A DNA stretch of 62,962 nt, counting the filler, from Octopus bimaculoides (taxonomy: Eukaryota), in the NCBI RefSeq assembly GCF_001194135.2. It is 5 parts of 4 records of this genome, joined end to end, with 100 filler letters (N's around TTAATTAATTAA, not from the genome) between each part and the next. Parts side by side here need not be neighbours in the genome. Positions count along the whole stretch, not along the records: positions 26,157 to 50,109 come from NC_068987.1; positions 50,210 to 60,372 come from NC_069008.1; positions 60,473 to 62,962 come from NC_068982.1; 2 more parts are not named here. The stretch is one strand, 5' to 3'. Position numbers and translations under genes: made by a program. Every line of letters begins with the position of its first letter. Within the stretch, counting starts at the first letter, position 1. This document shows positions 49,169 to 61,413 of this stretch, piece by piece. Under the pieces are notes generated by a model that worked only from the letters and a program-made list of their open reading frames with translations, was not told the origin of the DNA and did not search any database.

Positions 49169-49739
49169 AGCTGTTATTTAAGTCTACTCAGCCGTAATGA
49201 GGACCCACTTTATACTGGTACACCCCTCTCTATCTCTAACTGTTGCAATCTGGATGTTTGTCGGGGCTGAGACGTTGTTTTCTGACTATTCACAACTTCA
49301 TAGACACCTAGAACAATTAGCAAAAGCATGCTACATTTACCAAACCAAAATCGCTTGCGAGAGATAGCTGACTTTACTGCCCTTTTTTTGTTGTTGAAAA
49401 AAGAGGAATTTGAAGGTGGCAGCCATTTATGATTAAACAAGAAAGCAACGATCAGGCTCCCTCGTTAACTCATAAATTTCTCTATTCTTTGAAGTTGTGT
49501 TTGACGTCTTGCATCAGCCAATTGCTATAGAGAAAGCCAGGTTTCAACAACGATGTTCATTAACATTGACATGTACCAGCGATGTTACTTTAGAAGTTTA
49601 ATTATCTATTTGCTTCAGATTGTTTTGGTGACGTAACTTTAACAGAAATTGTTTCTATGGTTATATTTATAGAAATTTTAATATTGTACTGCAAGAAGTT
49701 GGCTGCTGAATGTGAATATAGGATTCAACACTAGCTTTC

Positions 49740-49860
49740 TTTTACTTGTTTCAATCATTAGACTGCGGCCATGATGGGGTACCGCCTCGAAAAATTCGTA
49801 GTCGAATGAATCCACCCCAAAACTTATTTCCCTTTAAGCCAGGTACACAGGCACAAATAG

Positions 49861-49895
<35 letters not shown>

Positions 49896-50109
49896 CACAC
49901 ACACATATATACTCTTTTACTCGTTTCAGTCATTTGATTGTGGCCATGCTGGAGCACCGCTCTTAGTCGAACAAATTGACCCCAGGCCCTATTTTTTGTA
50001 AGCCTAGTACTTATTCTACCGACGTCTTTTGCCGAACCATTAAGTTTCCGTGACATAAACACACCAACATCGGTTGTCAAGCGATGGCGGGGAGGGGGAC
50101 AAACACAGA
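49740..50109 (-). mobile_element. Two SINE family B tails
   Basis: ttttacttgtttca..catt.gactgcggccatg repeated at 49740 and ~49912. Confidence 0.8.
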
Positions 50110-50597
50110 NNNNNNNNNNNNNNNNNNNNNNNNNNNNNNNNNNNNNNNNNNNNTTAATTAATTAANNNNNNNNNNNNNNNNNNNNNNNNNNNNNNNNNNN
50201 NNNNNNNNNGTGTGTGTGTGTGTGTGTGTGTGTGTGGTGTGAAGAAAAGAAAGGTGGACTATGGTCATGTGCGAGCAACGAGAGAGAGAAAAAGAGAAAG
50301 GGGGAGAGAGGGAGATAGAAAATTGTGAAGGGGAGAAAAGGGAATTAGAGAAGGATGGGAGAGAAAACAGTGTAGAGTAGAGTCGCATCAAAAAGATTAA
50401 GATAAACGTACTTGGAAATGGAATTTATTCTTAATCAAAAAGAGAAAGAGAAGAACATGCATACATACATACATACGTACGTACGTACGTACGTACGTAC
50501 ATACATACATACATACATATATACATACGTATATATATACGTACATACATACATACATAATTCTATGCATACATGCATACATACACACACGCTTATA

Positions 50598-50875
50598 ACT
50601 GGCACTCCGTCGCTTACGACGACGAGGGTTCCAGTTGATCCGATCAACGAAACAGCTTGCTCATGCGATTAACTTGCAAGTGGCTGAGCACTCCACAGAC
50701 ATGCGTACCCTTAATGTGGTTCTCAGGGAGATTCAGCGTGACACAGAGTGTGACAAAGCTGGCCCTTTGAAATACAGGTACTACTCATTTTTGCCAGCTG
50801 AGTGGACTTGCTCAAGTACACAACGCGCCGCCGGGAATCGAACTCGCGACCCTAACCACTAAGCCACGCGCCTTC
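50598..50875 (-). mobile_element. Chimeric SINE: family E head + family C tail
   Basis: Head gcgtggcttagtggttagg...cactcagctggcaaaaatgagta joined to the cctgtatttcaaagggccag...gcgacggagtgcca tail. Confidence 0.8.
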
Positions 50876-51310
50876 GTACACACGCTTATACATGCATACA
50901 TACATACATACATACATACATACATAAAGCGAGTAGGGTGTGGTATGAGAGTAAGTTTACTGTTATTTCTAACAGATTGAACCACCACATAGAGGTGATG
51001 GTGGAGAAGTCTATTAATGGCAAATGTGTGTGTGTGTGTGAGTGTGTGTGTGTGTGTGTGTGAGTGCACGTATGTGTCTGTGTACCTGGCGTATGTAACT
51101 TCAATGGGTGTACTTTCTTCTACTCATAACTACTACTACTATTGCTGCTGCTGCTGTATTTAATTACAATTTGGGTTCATCAGGCTGGAAAAGAAAAAAA
51201 GTTTTTCCTGTGCGCCAGGTTATGAAAAACACATTGTCTGACATCTATCTGGGTCTGTCTGTCTGACTGTCCGCCTGTCTGCATGTACTTGTCTGTCTGC
51301 ATGTACTTGA

Positions 51311-51341
<31 letters not shown>

Positions 51342-51346
51342 CTTAC

Positions 51347-51402
<56 letters not shown>

Positions 51403-51617
51403 ATATATATATATACATACATATATATGTATATTTACACACACACACACTCACACATATCTATGTATGTTTTGGTTAGCATGGCACATGCACTCCAGAC
51501 GGTACATCATAATTAGTCTTAGAGAGGTATTTTCGCAAAAAATATCTCTCCTTGTATGTGTGTTGCGTGTGCACGTATGTATATATATATATATATGTAC
51601 ATATATATATATATAAA

Positions 51618-51656
<39 letters not shown>

Positions 51657-52240
51657 NNNNNNNNNNNNNNNNNNNNNNNNNNNNNNNNNNNNNNNNNNNN
51701 NNNNNNNNNNNNNNNNNNNNNNNNNNNNNNNNNNNNNNNNNNNNNNNNNNNNNNNNNNNNNNNNNNNNNNNNNNNNNNNNNNNNNNNNNNNNNNNNNNNN
51801 NNNNNNNNNNNNNNNNNNNNNNNNNNNNNNNNNNNNNNNNNNNNNNNNNNNNNNNNNNNNNNNNNNNNNNNNNNNNNNNNNNNNNNNNNNNNNNNNNNNN
51901 NNNNNNNNNNNNNNNNNNNNNNNNNNNNNNNNNNNNNNNNNNNNNNNNNNNNNNNNNNNNNNNNNNNNNNNATATATATACTCACACGCGCACTTACATA
52001 TCTGTACGCATATTATATAAAGAAAATTATTACATGTTTCCATACACATGTGTGCGTATAATACATGTGTGTGTGTGTGTGCGTGTCTGGCTGGGTTGAT
52101 GGTTGTGTGTGCGTGTGTATGCGTGTTTATATATACATATGCATGTATATGTACACATATACACCTACACACACACACACACACACGCATACATACACAC
52201 ACATACACACATACTTTTCTACATTCACGGCTTTTAACAG

Positions 52241-52306
52241 CTGTTAATGAAAACCTGTAAATGGCGAGTGACTGTCGAAGGAAGCAGAACAGCCGAGGAT
52301 GGGTGG
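52241..52306 (+). CDS. Candidate short exon (possibly first coding exon, ATG 52261)
   Basis: cttttaacag acceptor, TGG|gtaagt donor. Reads LLMKTCKWRVTVEGSRTAEDGW, or from taaATGG MASDCRRKQNSRGWV. Confidence 0.28.
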
Positions 52307-52744
52307 GTAAGTTTGGTTCAGAAAGATGCACAAAATCTGTAAACTATGCCCTTTTTGCAAATTAGAAGGGCGTTTTGTTCGTCATATGCCCTTTCGGTAT
52401 AATATTTTGGAAGGGCGTTTTGAAGTTGATGGTGTTTCCAAACTTTACAAAGTTTTTCGACTGATAGGCGCGGGCGTGGCTGTGTGGTAACAAGTTTGTT
52501 TCCCGACCACGTCTGTCTTTTTCCGTCTCTTCTCTCTCTCCCCATCTCTCCCTCTCTCTCTCCCCCCACCCCTCTCTCTCTCTTTCTGTCTCTCTCCCTC
52601 TCTCACTCTCTGTCCCAGCGATGTTATGTGTAATCTTTTGAGTTGAGTACTTGAACCTGTGAATACATCGTTTGCCAAGTGCTCTTATTACCTGCTAGTC
52701 AGAAGAATACTTGTCATTTCATATTTTCGAATTAGAGGGAGATT

Positions 52745-52804
<60 letters not shown>

Positions 52805-53034
52805 GAGAGAGAGAATGAGTGAGTGAGTGAGTGAGAGAGAGAGAGATAGAAAGTGAGAGAGAAAGGACGGAGAAAGGCGAAGAGAGAGAAAGAGAGTGAG
52901 GGGGTAAAACAAAGAAAGGTAGAGGAAAAGGGAGAGATAAAAAAGAAAGAGAGAGAGAGGCGGAGACATGGAAAGAGACAGAAAGAAATAGGGGAAAATG
53001 GAAAGAAAAGGATGAAGAAAAGGTGTTATTTAAA

Positions 53035-53145
53035 GCAATACAGGCGATGGACAACGGGTCGTCTGCTCTTTCACTTTTATCAGGAAATGGTCGTCGGGTG
53101 CTTCGTTTGTCACGTGATGTGTCGTCTGCTATTCCTCTTTCACTT
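53035..53145 (+). repeat. Diverged duplicated segment rich in GTCGTCTGCT (second copy 55818-55925)
   Basis: atggac...tcgtctgctcttt...ttgtcacgt.at.tgtc.tc.gct in both copies. Confidence 0.55.
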
Positions 53146-53247
53146 TCTCACCATCTCTCCTTTACCTTCCTCTCTCTCTCTCACCCCTCTCGCTCTCCCC
53201 CTCTCTTTCTCCCTCCCTCCCTCTCCTGCCATGGTCGATAACAGCAG

Positions 53248-53522
53248 AATTTGAACTCAGAACGTAAGGACAGACGAAATGCTACGAAACATTTTGACCA
53301 GCGTGCTATCGGTTCTGCTAGCTCGCCGCCTTCAATGTCTGATATTCTTTTCTTTTCTACTCTCGGTACAATGCCCGGAATTTTGGGGGAAGGGGCCAAT
53401 CAATTAGACCGACCCCACTACGCAACTGGTACTTAATTTATCGACCCCCGAAAGGATGAAAGGCAAAGTCGACCTCGGCGGAATTTGAACTTAAATCGTA
53501 AGTACAGACGAAATGCCACTAA
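53248..53522 (-). mobile_element. Two tandem SINE family A copies
   Basis: Head 53248-53332, then tail+core+head 53335-53522. Confidence 0.8.
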
Positions 53523-53661
53523 GCTCTCTCTCTTTCTTTCTTTCTCTCTCTCTCTCTCTCTCTCTCCCTTTCTCTCTTCCTCTCTCTCTTTCGTTCTTTC
53601 TTTCTCTTTCCCCCCTCTCTCTCTTCAGCCATGTTCTTATATGCCATCTTCTTTTAAACAG

Positions 53662-53805
53662 AAACGCGCAAACGGTGCCTTTGACGAGACGCGCACTTGA
53701 ACTTTTGAAAATACCGTTTGGCAAAAGTCCACATCAACGATTGGATTTGAATAGTGTTGACGCATCTGTGTTTCCGAGTTTACAGAAGAGTAAAGGAAAA
53801 GAGAG
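53662..53805 (+). CDS. Candidate symmetric phase 2-2 exon, product unknown
   Basis: catcttcttttaaacag acceptor, GAG|gtaaaa donor. 144 nt, open: NAQTVPLTRRALELLKIPFGKSPHQRLDLNSVDASVFPSLQKSKGKE. Confidence 0.35.
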
Positions 53806-54320
53806 GTAAAAGGAGAGCGAGAGAGGGAGAAAGAGCAAACGAAGGAAGGAAAGAAAGGAAGGAAAGGAAGAAAGAAAGGCCAAAAGAGAGAGAGGAAGGG
53901 AGGAAGGAAAAAGGAAGGGAGGAAGGAAAAAGGAAGGGAGGAAGGAAAAAGGAAGGGAGGAAGGAAGGCTAAAAGAAAGAAAGAAAGGAAAGAAAGAAAG
54001 AAAAGCCAAAAGAAAGAAAAGCCAAAAGAGAGAAAGGCCAAGAAAGGAAGGAAGGAAGGAAGGAAGGAAGACCAAAAGAAAGAAAGACCAAAAGAAAGAA
54101 AGACCAAAAGAGAGAAAAAAAGAAAGGAAGGAAGGAAGGAGGGAAGAAAGGCCAAAAGAAAGAGAAAAATAAAAGAAAGGTCAAAAGAAAGAAAGAAAGA
54201 AAGGAAGGAAGAAAGAAAGGAAGGAAGAAAGAAAGAAGGAAGAAAGGAATGCCAAAAGAAAGAAAGAAAGAAGGAAAGAAAGAAGGGAAAGAAACAAAGG
54301 AAAGAAGAAAGAAAGGCCAA

Positions 54321-54363
<43 letters not shown>

Positions 54364-54452
54364 GCCAAAAGAAAAAAGAAAGAAAGGAAGACAGAAAGGT
54401 CAAAAGAAAGGAAGAAGGAGAAGGGAAGGAAGGAAGAGAGAAAGAAAGAAAG
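53805..54452 (+). repeat. ~650-bp polypurine tract (GAAA/GGAA) with 18-bp subrepeats
   Basis: Direct reading; ggaaggaaaaaggaaggga repeated around 53900-53960. Confidence 0.9.
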
Positions 54453-54479
54453 AATTTATCTGATATTGTTTACGGGTAG

Positions 54480-54993
54480 GAGATCAGTCATAAGCGTCGG
54501 TCCTGGGGCTAAACTGGTGCTTATTTCAATGGTCCCGAAACGATGAAAGACAATTTCAACCCCGGCAGAATTTTGAACTCAGAATGGAAAACGCCAGGCG
54601 TGTTGCTTTGCTAAGCATTTTGTCCAACGAACGATGGATCTTGTTCAAAACGGGGGCACCAGTATTTTCTTAACGAAACACTTTGAAACTTGGGACACTG
54701 GTAGAATGTGTCATATAAAACATCTTTTTCTCTTAGTCTTCTTAACAAAAAAACGTACATCGCAAGTTATTTCATGTTAAAGTTGTCGTATTTCTGTAAT
54801 TTCAACAAATAAGACAATTTTTTACATGAAATAAATCCGAATACAAACATTTTTTTCTGTTCTATAACACAAAATAGATAAGTATACGAAGTTTGAAAGT
54901 CTTACCGTACCAAAAACACTACATAAAACATAAATGAAAACTGGTGCCCCCGTTTTGAACAAGATCCCGAACGATTCTGTCAGCTCGTCGCCT
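54480..54993 (-). mobile_element. SINE family A interrupted by the Merlin-like MITE
   Basis: Head sequence resumes after the TSD at 54968. Confidence 0.8.
54636..54967. mobile_element. MITE with 28-bp perfect TIR and 8-bp TSD (Merlin-like)
   Basis: TIR GGATCTTGTTCAAAACGGGGGCACCAGT at both ends. TSD CGAACGAT at 54628-54635 and 54968-54975. Confidence 0.88.
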
Positions 54994-55023
54994 TTATATT
55001 ACTTTTGATAATACTTTCTACTA

Positions 55024-55328
55024 TGGAGGCGCAGTGGTTAGGGCAGCGGACTCGCGGTCATAGGATCGCAGTTTCGATTCCCAGACCGAGTGTTTATTGA
55101 ACGAAAACACCTAAAGCCCCACGAGGCTCCGGCAGGGGATGGTGGCAAACCCTGCTGTACTCTTTCACCACAACTTTCTCTCACTCTTACTTCCTGTTTC
55201 TGTTGTGCCTGTAATTCAAAGGGGCCAGCCTTGTCACACTTTGTGTCACGCTGAATCACCCCGAGAACTACGTTAAGGGTACACGTGTCTGTGGAGTGCT
55301 CAGCCACTTGCACGTTAATTTCACGAGC
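55024..55328 (+). mobile_element. SINE family C (3'-truncated)
   Basis: Colinear with the 21608 copy. Confidence 0.9.
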
Positions 55329-55339
55329 ACGTTAATTTC

Positions 55340-55800
55340 CTAATTTTTGTAGGGAGGGGGTTTCAGTCAATTACAGTTCTCAACTGGTACTTAATCTATC
55401 GACCCTGGATGGTTAAAAGGCAAAGTCGACCTCGGCGAAATTTGAACTCAGAACGTATCAACGGAAGAAATACTGCCAAGCGTTTCGTCCACCGTGGTTT
55501 TTACATTACATTTAATAATAAAGAAAAACACAGCGAAGTCGACTTGGGCGGAATTTGAATGAACATCGCTAAACGTTTAGATTGGGCGTGTTAATGATTT
55601 TGCCGTTTTATATAATGGCTTCTGATTTCAATATAAGACAAGCAATTTTGAAGTGAAGGAGACTATCGATCCTACTGCTTTGGCTAATACTTTTCTTTAT
55701 CAACAGTAAACCCCTGCGGAATTTGAACTCAGAGCGTAAAAGAGCCTAAAGGCAAAGCATTTTCCCCACCGACGTTCTAGCGATTCGGCCAATCCACCAA
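55340..55800 (-). mobile_element. Cluster of three partial SINE family A copies
   Basis: Repeated gcggaatttgaactcaga B-box segments at ~55435, ~55550 and ~55718. Confidence 0.7.
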
Positions 55801-57419
55801 CCTTGAATGTTTGATGCTAAAAGCATAACAAGCAATGGACGATGTATCGTCTGCTCTTTTCATTGTGTCAAAAGGTTTGTCGTCTGCTCGTATTGTCACG
55901 TAATATGTCATCAGCTCTCTTTTTCACTCTCTCTCTCTCCCTCACTCTCTTCTCTCTCTATCCGTCTTTCACTCTGTTTTTTCTCTCTCTCTCTCCCACT
56001 TTCTTTCTGACTTTCTGTCATTCTTTCACTCTCTTTTTTCTCTCTCTCCTTCACTTTCCTTTCGCTCTATCTTTTTTCCCTCTTTTTCTCTTTCATTCTA
56101 TCTTTCACTCTCTCTTCCTCTCTCTCACACACACATACACACACACTCACGTTCAGCATATTATCCTCCATTTTCTAATTGATNNNNNNNNNNNNNNNNN
56201 NNNNNNNNNNNNNNNNNNNNNNNNNNNNNNNNNNNNNNNNNNNNNNNNNNNNNNNNNNNNNNNNNNNNNNNNNNNNNNNNNNNNNNNNNNNNNNNNNNNN
56301 NNNNNNNNNNNNNNNNNNNNNNNNNNNNNNNNNNNNNNNNNNNNNNNNNNNNNNNNNNNNNNNNNNNNNNNNNNNNNNNNNNNNNNNNNNNNNNNNNNNN
56401 NNNNNNNNNNNNNNNNNNNNNNNNNNNNNNNNNNNNNNNNNNNNNNNNNNNNNNNNNNNNNNNNNNNNNNNNNNNNNNNNNNNNNNNNNNNNNNNNNNNN
56501 NNNNNNNNNNNNNNNNNNNNNNNNNNNNNNNNNNNNNNNNNNNNNNNNNNNNNNNNNNNNNNNNNNNNNNNNNNNNNNNNNNNNNNNNNNNNNNNNNNNN
56601 NNNNNNNNNNNNNNNNNNNNNNNNNNNNNNNNNNNNNNNNNNNNNNNNNNNNNNNNNNNNNNNNNNNNNNNNNNNNNNNNNNNNNNNNNNNNNNNNNNNN
56701 NNNNNNNNNNNNNNNNNNNNNNNNNNNNNNNNNNNNNNNNNNNNNNNNNNNNNNNNNNNNNNNNNNNNNNNNNNNNNNNNNNNNNNNNNNNNNNNNNNNN
56801 NNNNNNNNNNNNNNNNNNNNNNNNNNNNNNNNNNNNNNNNNNNNNNNNNNNNNNNNNNNNNNNNNNNNNNNNNNNNNNNNNNNNNNNNNNNNNNNNNNNN
56901 NNNNNNNNNNNNNNNNNNNNNNNNNNNNNNNNNNNNNNNNNNNNNNNNNNNNNNNNNNNNNNNNNNNNNNNNNNNNNNNNNNNNNNNNNNNNNNNNNNNN
57001 NNNNNNNNNNNNNNNNNNNNNNNNNNNNNNNNNNNNNNNNNNNNNNNNNNNNNNNNNNNNNNNNNNNNNNNNNNNNNNNNNNNNNNNNNNNNNNNNNNNN
57101 NNNNNNNNNNNNNNNNNNNNNNNNNNNNNNNNNATATATACAACGGGCTTCTTTCCATGTGTGTGTGTGTGTGTATTGTATTTTTATACAATGGACACTT
57201 GTTATACGATTACTTTTGGATGAACCCTTTTGATAACATTAGCTGCTTGATAACATTATCCATTGTTTTGGAAGACGTGGTTTCTGTATATAGACAACGC
57301 TTTAAGTGTGTATCTTGTGCGTGTGCGTGTGTGTGTGTATTTCTGTGTTTGCATATGTGTATGTATATGGATGTGTGTGAATTCATGGATAGGTGTATGC
57401 GTGTATTTGTGTGTATCGT

Positions 57420-57734
57420 TTACTCTTTTACTTGTTTTAGCCATTTCACTGCGGCCATGCTGGAGCACCGCCTTGAAGTGTTTTCGTAGGACAAATCGAC
57501 TCCAGAACTTTTTTATTTTTTTGGAGCCATCGTTCTCTCTTTTCCCGAACTGCTAAGTTACGGGGACGTAAACACACTAACACTTGTTGTCAAGTGGTAT
57601 TGGAGGACAAACACAGACATGGACACAAACATACACATAGATGTATAAATATATATATGTATATATGTGTGTGCATGTGTGTGTGTGTGTATGTGTGTAT
57701 GTGTGTGTGTATATACATACATACATACGTACAT

Positions 57735-57797
<63 letters not shown>
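57420..57797 (-). mobile_element. SINE family B tail + microsatellite running into gap
   Basis: Match to family B tail. Confidence 0.8.
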
Positions 57798-58721
57798 NNN
57801 NNNNNNNNNNNNNNNNNNNNNNNNNNNNNNNNNNNNNNNNNNNNNNNNNNNNNNNNNNNNNNNNNNNNNNNNNNNNNNNNNNNNNNNNNNNNNNNNNNNN
57901 NNNNNNNNNNNNNNNNNNNNNNNNNNNNNNNNNNNNNNNNNNNNNNNNNNNNNNNNNNNNNNNNNNNNNNNNNNNNNNNNNNNNNNNNNNNNNNNNNNNN
58001 NNNNNNNNNNNNNNNNNNNNNNNNNNNNNNNNNNNNNNNNNNNNNNNNNNNNNNNNNNNNNNNNNNNNNNNNNNNNNNNNNNNNNNNNNNNNNNNNNNNN
58101 NNNNNNNNNNNNNNNNNNNNNNNNNNNNNNNNNNNNNNNNNNNNNNNNNNNNNNNNNNNNNNNNNNNNNNNNNNNNNNNNNNNNNNNNNNNNNNNNNNNN
58201 NNNNNNNNNNNNNNNNNNNNNNNNNNNNNNNNNNNNNNNNNNNNNNNNNNNNNNNNNNNNNNNNNNNNNNNNNNNNNNNNNNNNNNNNNNNNNNNNNNNN
58301 NNNNNNNNNNNNNNNNNNNNNNNNNNNNNNNNNNNNNNNNNNNNNNNNNNNNNNNNNNNNNNNNNNNNNNNNNNNNNNNNNNNNNNNNNNNNNNNNNNNN
58401 NNNNNNNNNNNNNNNNNNNNNNNNNNNNNNNNNNNNNNNNNNNNNNNNNNNNNNNNNNNNNNNNNNNNNNNNNNNNNNNNNNNNNNNNNNNNNNNNNNNN
58501 NNNNNNNNNNNNNNNNNNNNNNNNNNNNNNNNNNNNNNNNNNNNNNNNNNNNNNNNNNNNNNNNNNNNNNNNNNNNNNNNNNNNNNNNNNNNNNNNNNNN
58601 NNNNNNNNNNNNNNNNNNNNNNNNNNNNNNNNNNNNNNNNNNNNNNNNNNNNNNNNNNNNNNNNNNNNNNNNNNNNNNNNNNNNNNNNNNNNNNNNNNNN
58701 NNNNNNNNNNNNNNNNNNNNN

Positions 58722-59029
58722 GTTTATTGAGCGAAAACACCTAAAAGCTCCACGAGGCTCCGGCAGGGGATAGTGGCCAACCCTGCTGTACTCTTCCACC
58801 ACAACATTCTCTCACTCTTACTTCCTGTTTCTGTTCTACCTGTAATTCACAGGGGTCAGCCTTGTCACACTCTGTGTCACGCTGAATATCCCTCGAGAAC
58901 TACGTTAAGGGTACACGTGTCTGTGGAGTGCTCAACCACTTGCACGTTAATTTCACAAGCAGGCTGTTCCGTTGATCGGATCAGCTGGAACCCTCGACAT
59001 CGTAAGCGACGGAGTGCCAACAACAACAA
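58722..59029 (+). mobile_element. SINE family C (5' in gap)
   Basis: Colinear; ends ggagtgccaacaacaac. A short fragment also lies at 2318-2390 (-). Confidence 0.9.
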
Positions 59030-59450
59030 CATTGACTTCTTCAAGTTTCACTTGAAAAGGAAGTTGAGAGTGGATAGGGAAGTGCTATCCTCGAGTGAGT
59101 GAAAGTTGCGAAAATGGCAAGAGTGGATGGTTCCTCTCTAAGTGTAGACCTGTGAGTGGGGGGGAAGGAATTGGAGAGGGCACTTGCCCCTAGTGTTTCA
59201 TGGAAATCTCAGACAGCGGGGTTCCTCGATTATTCTTAGAGGCCTTCCTGCATCAGAACCACATCTCTATCATCCTCTCCATCCCCCCTTTTTTTTTAAA
59301 CCTTCATATGCTATGCATATGTCCCTTCTTTTTCAGTGCATACCGTGTATACTTACCATTTTTCTTTTTATCAGTAAACACCTACACTTTATGTCTGTCT
59401 TCGTATTGTATCCCTCATCCTTTACCCTTGTGGCAAATAAATGAAATCAT
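59030..59450 (+). mobile_element. Tx1/L1-like LINE 3' end (ORF2 C-terminus + 3'UTR)
   Basis: IDFFKFHLKRKLRVDREVLSSSE*VKVAKMARVDGSSLSVDL*, T-rich UTR ending cccttgtggcaaataaatgaaat, then (TTC)n. Confidence 0.6.
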
Positions 59451-59459
59451 TCTTCTTCT

Positions 59460-59524
<65 letters not shown>

Positions 59525-59546
59525 TTATTATTATTATTATTATTAT

Positions 59547-59587
<41 letters not shown>

Positions 59588-59610
59588 TTATTATTATTAT
59601 TATTATTAAA

Positions 59611-59698
59611 GGCCAAGTGTCTTCTACTATAGCCCTCATGCTGACCAAAGCCTTGTGAGTGGATCTGGTAGACGGAAACTGAAAGAAGCCCGTCGTAT
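59611..59698 (+). mobile_element. SINE family B head, 3' half
   Basis: caagtgtcttctactatagcc...gaagcccgtcg. Confidence 0.8.
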
Positions 59699-59762
59699 GC
59701 ATCATTTTCTTTCTTTCTTTCTGTCTTTCTCTCTCCCTCTCTCTCTCCCTCCCCCTCCCTCC

Positions 59763-59796
<34 letters not shown>

Positions 59797-60056
59797 CTAT
59801 TTTCTTTCTTTCCTGTGTTTCCCCCCTTCCCTCCACCCCACACTCCCTTCTTTCCCTCCTCCCACAATCCTCTTCTTTCCCTCCTTCTTTCTTTCTTCCT
59901 TTTATGTAATAATTTACTTTTTTTTTTTTTATTGATTTCTTTTTGCAGCTGCCAAATCATCAACAAACCTGCAGGACNNNNNNNNNNCAAACTGTCGCAT
60001 GTGTGTGTGTGTGTGCGCGCGTGTGTGTGCGCGTGTGTGCGTGCGCGCGTGTGTGT

Positions 60057-60087
<31 letters not shown>

Positions 60088-60193
60088 TGTGTGTGTGTGC
60101 GTATGTGTGTGCATGCGTGTTAGTGAATGCATGTGTAGGTATGAATTTAAGTGTGTATGTGTGTGTGAACATGTATGTGAGTGCATGTGCATG

Positions 60194-60235
<42 letters not shown>

Positions 60236-60574
60236 CATATACATATATATACATACATATATAAACATATGTATATACATATATATCTATATATATATAT
60301 ATATATAAATATATAAATATACACATACATATATATACATACATATACATACATCATAAATATGTATACATANNNNNNNNNNNNNNNNNNNNNNNNNNNN
60401 NNNNNNNNNNNNNNNNTTAATTAATTAANNNNNNNNNNNNNNNNNNNNNNNNNNNNNNNNNNNNNNNNNNNNGTACACGGAACAGATCTCAAAGAGAAAC
60501 TGAACCGAGACAAATTTGTTGGGTATGAGTTGCTCTATTTAAAGCGTTAAGGGGGCTCCAAGACGGTAGTAGAA

Positions 60575-60685
60575 AAACACTATCACGTGACCTTATTAAG
60601 GGCTGTGATTGGTCAGTTTGCGTTCTGGCGGGAACGGTTCGAAGAAGTTGCCGATTCGAATAATGATCAGTCACGTGATGACAAG
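60575..60685. promoter_or_regulatory. Candidate promoter-like motif cluster
   Basis: TCACGTGA at 60583 and 60671 (E-box), GATTGG at 60607 (CCAAT), GGCGGGAA at 60627 (E2F-type), within 100 bp of GC-richer DNA. Confidence 0.3.
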
Positions 60686-60977
60686 GAGATGGGTTCTCCG
60701 CTACGCCCGTGTTTGTTTATATTTAAATGAGAATATTGTATGTAATGGCGATAGTAGTTTTGTATGTAATGGCGATCGAGGTGTTAGTTTCACTACATAT
60801 ATTTATAGTGATAGATTTTTAACTAGGTGAAGGCATACTTAATGATTAGAACTTCAAGAATCAAAAGGTGTATGATAGAAAGCTAAAGAGAATATGTGTG
60901 TATGAGTGTGTCTGCGTGTGAACGTGTAGAAGTCTGTATGATGTGTGTGTGGGCTTATGTTTACATATTTACACACA

Positions 60978-61012
<35 letters not shown>

Positions 61013-61413
61013 GCACACACATGTGTGTGTGCATGTGTGTGTGTGTCTGTGTGTGTGTACGTGTGTGTGTACGTGTGTGTGTGTACGTGTGTGTGTGTGC
61101 GTATTACGACACAGTATTATGTGTACATATCAATGTCATAATGAGTATTAAAATATTGTTGGATGCTTTGTGAAAAAACCCTTCTGCAAAGAAGGGGGCC
61201 ATCCGAAACCTTCAGAACTTACCTCACATAAACATGTCTTATTTTACAATTTTAAACACTTATTTGTTGTTTGCTATTTCATATTTACGTTATTAATTAT
61301 TTATTAAGTTAGTTGATTTGATTTTTTAATAATGATGTATTTTTTATGGTTTATTCCTCATTTCCTCGTCTTTTTCCTCGTAGTTTGTTTCTCTTTTTTA
61401 ATTTTATCTAGAT

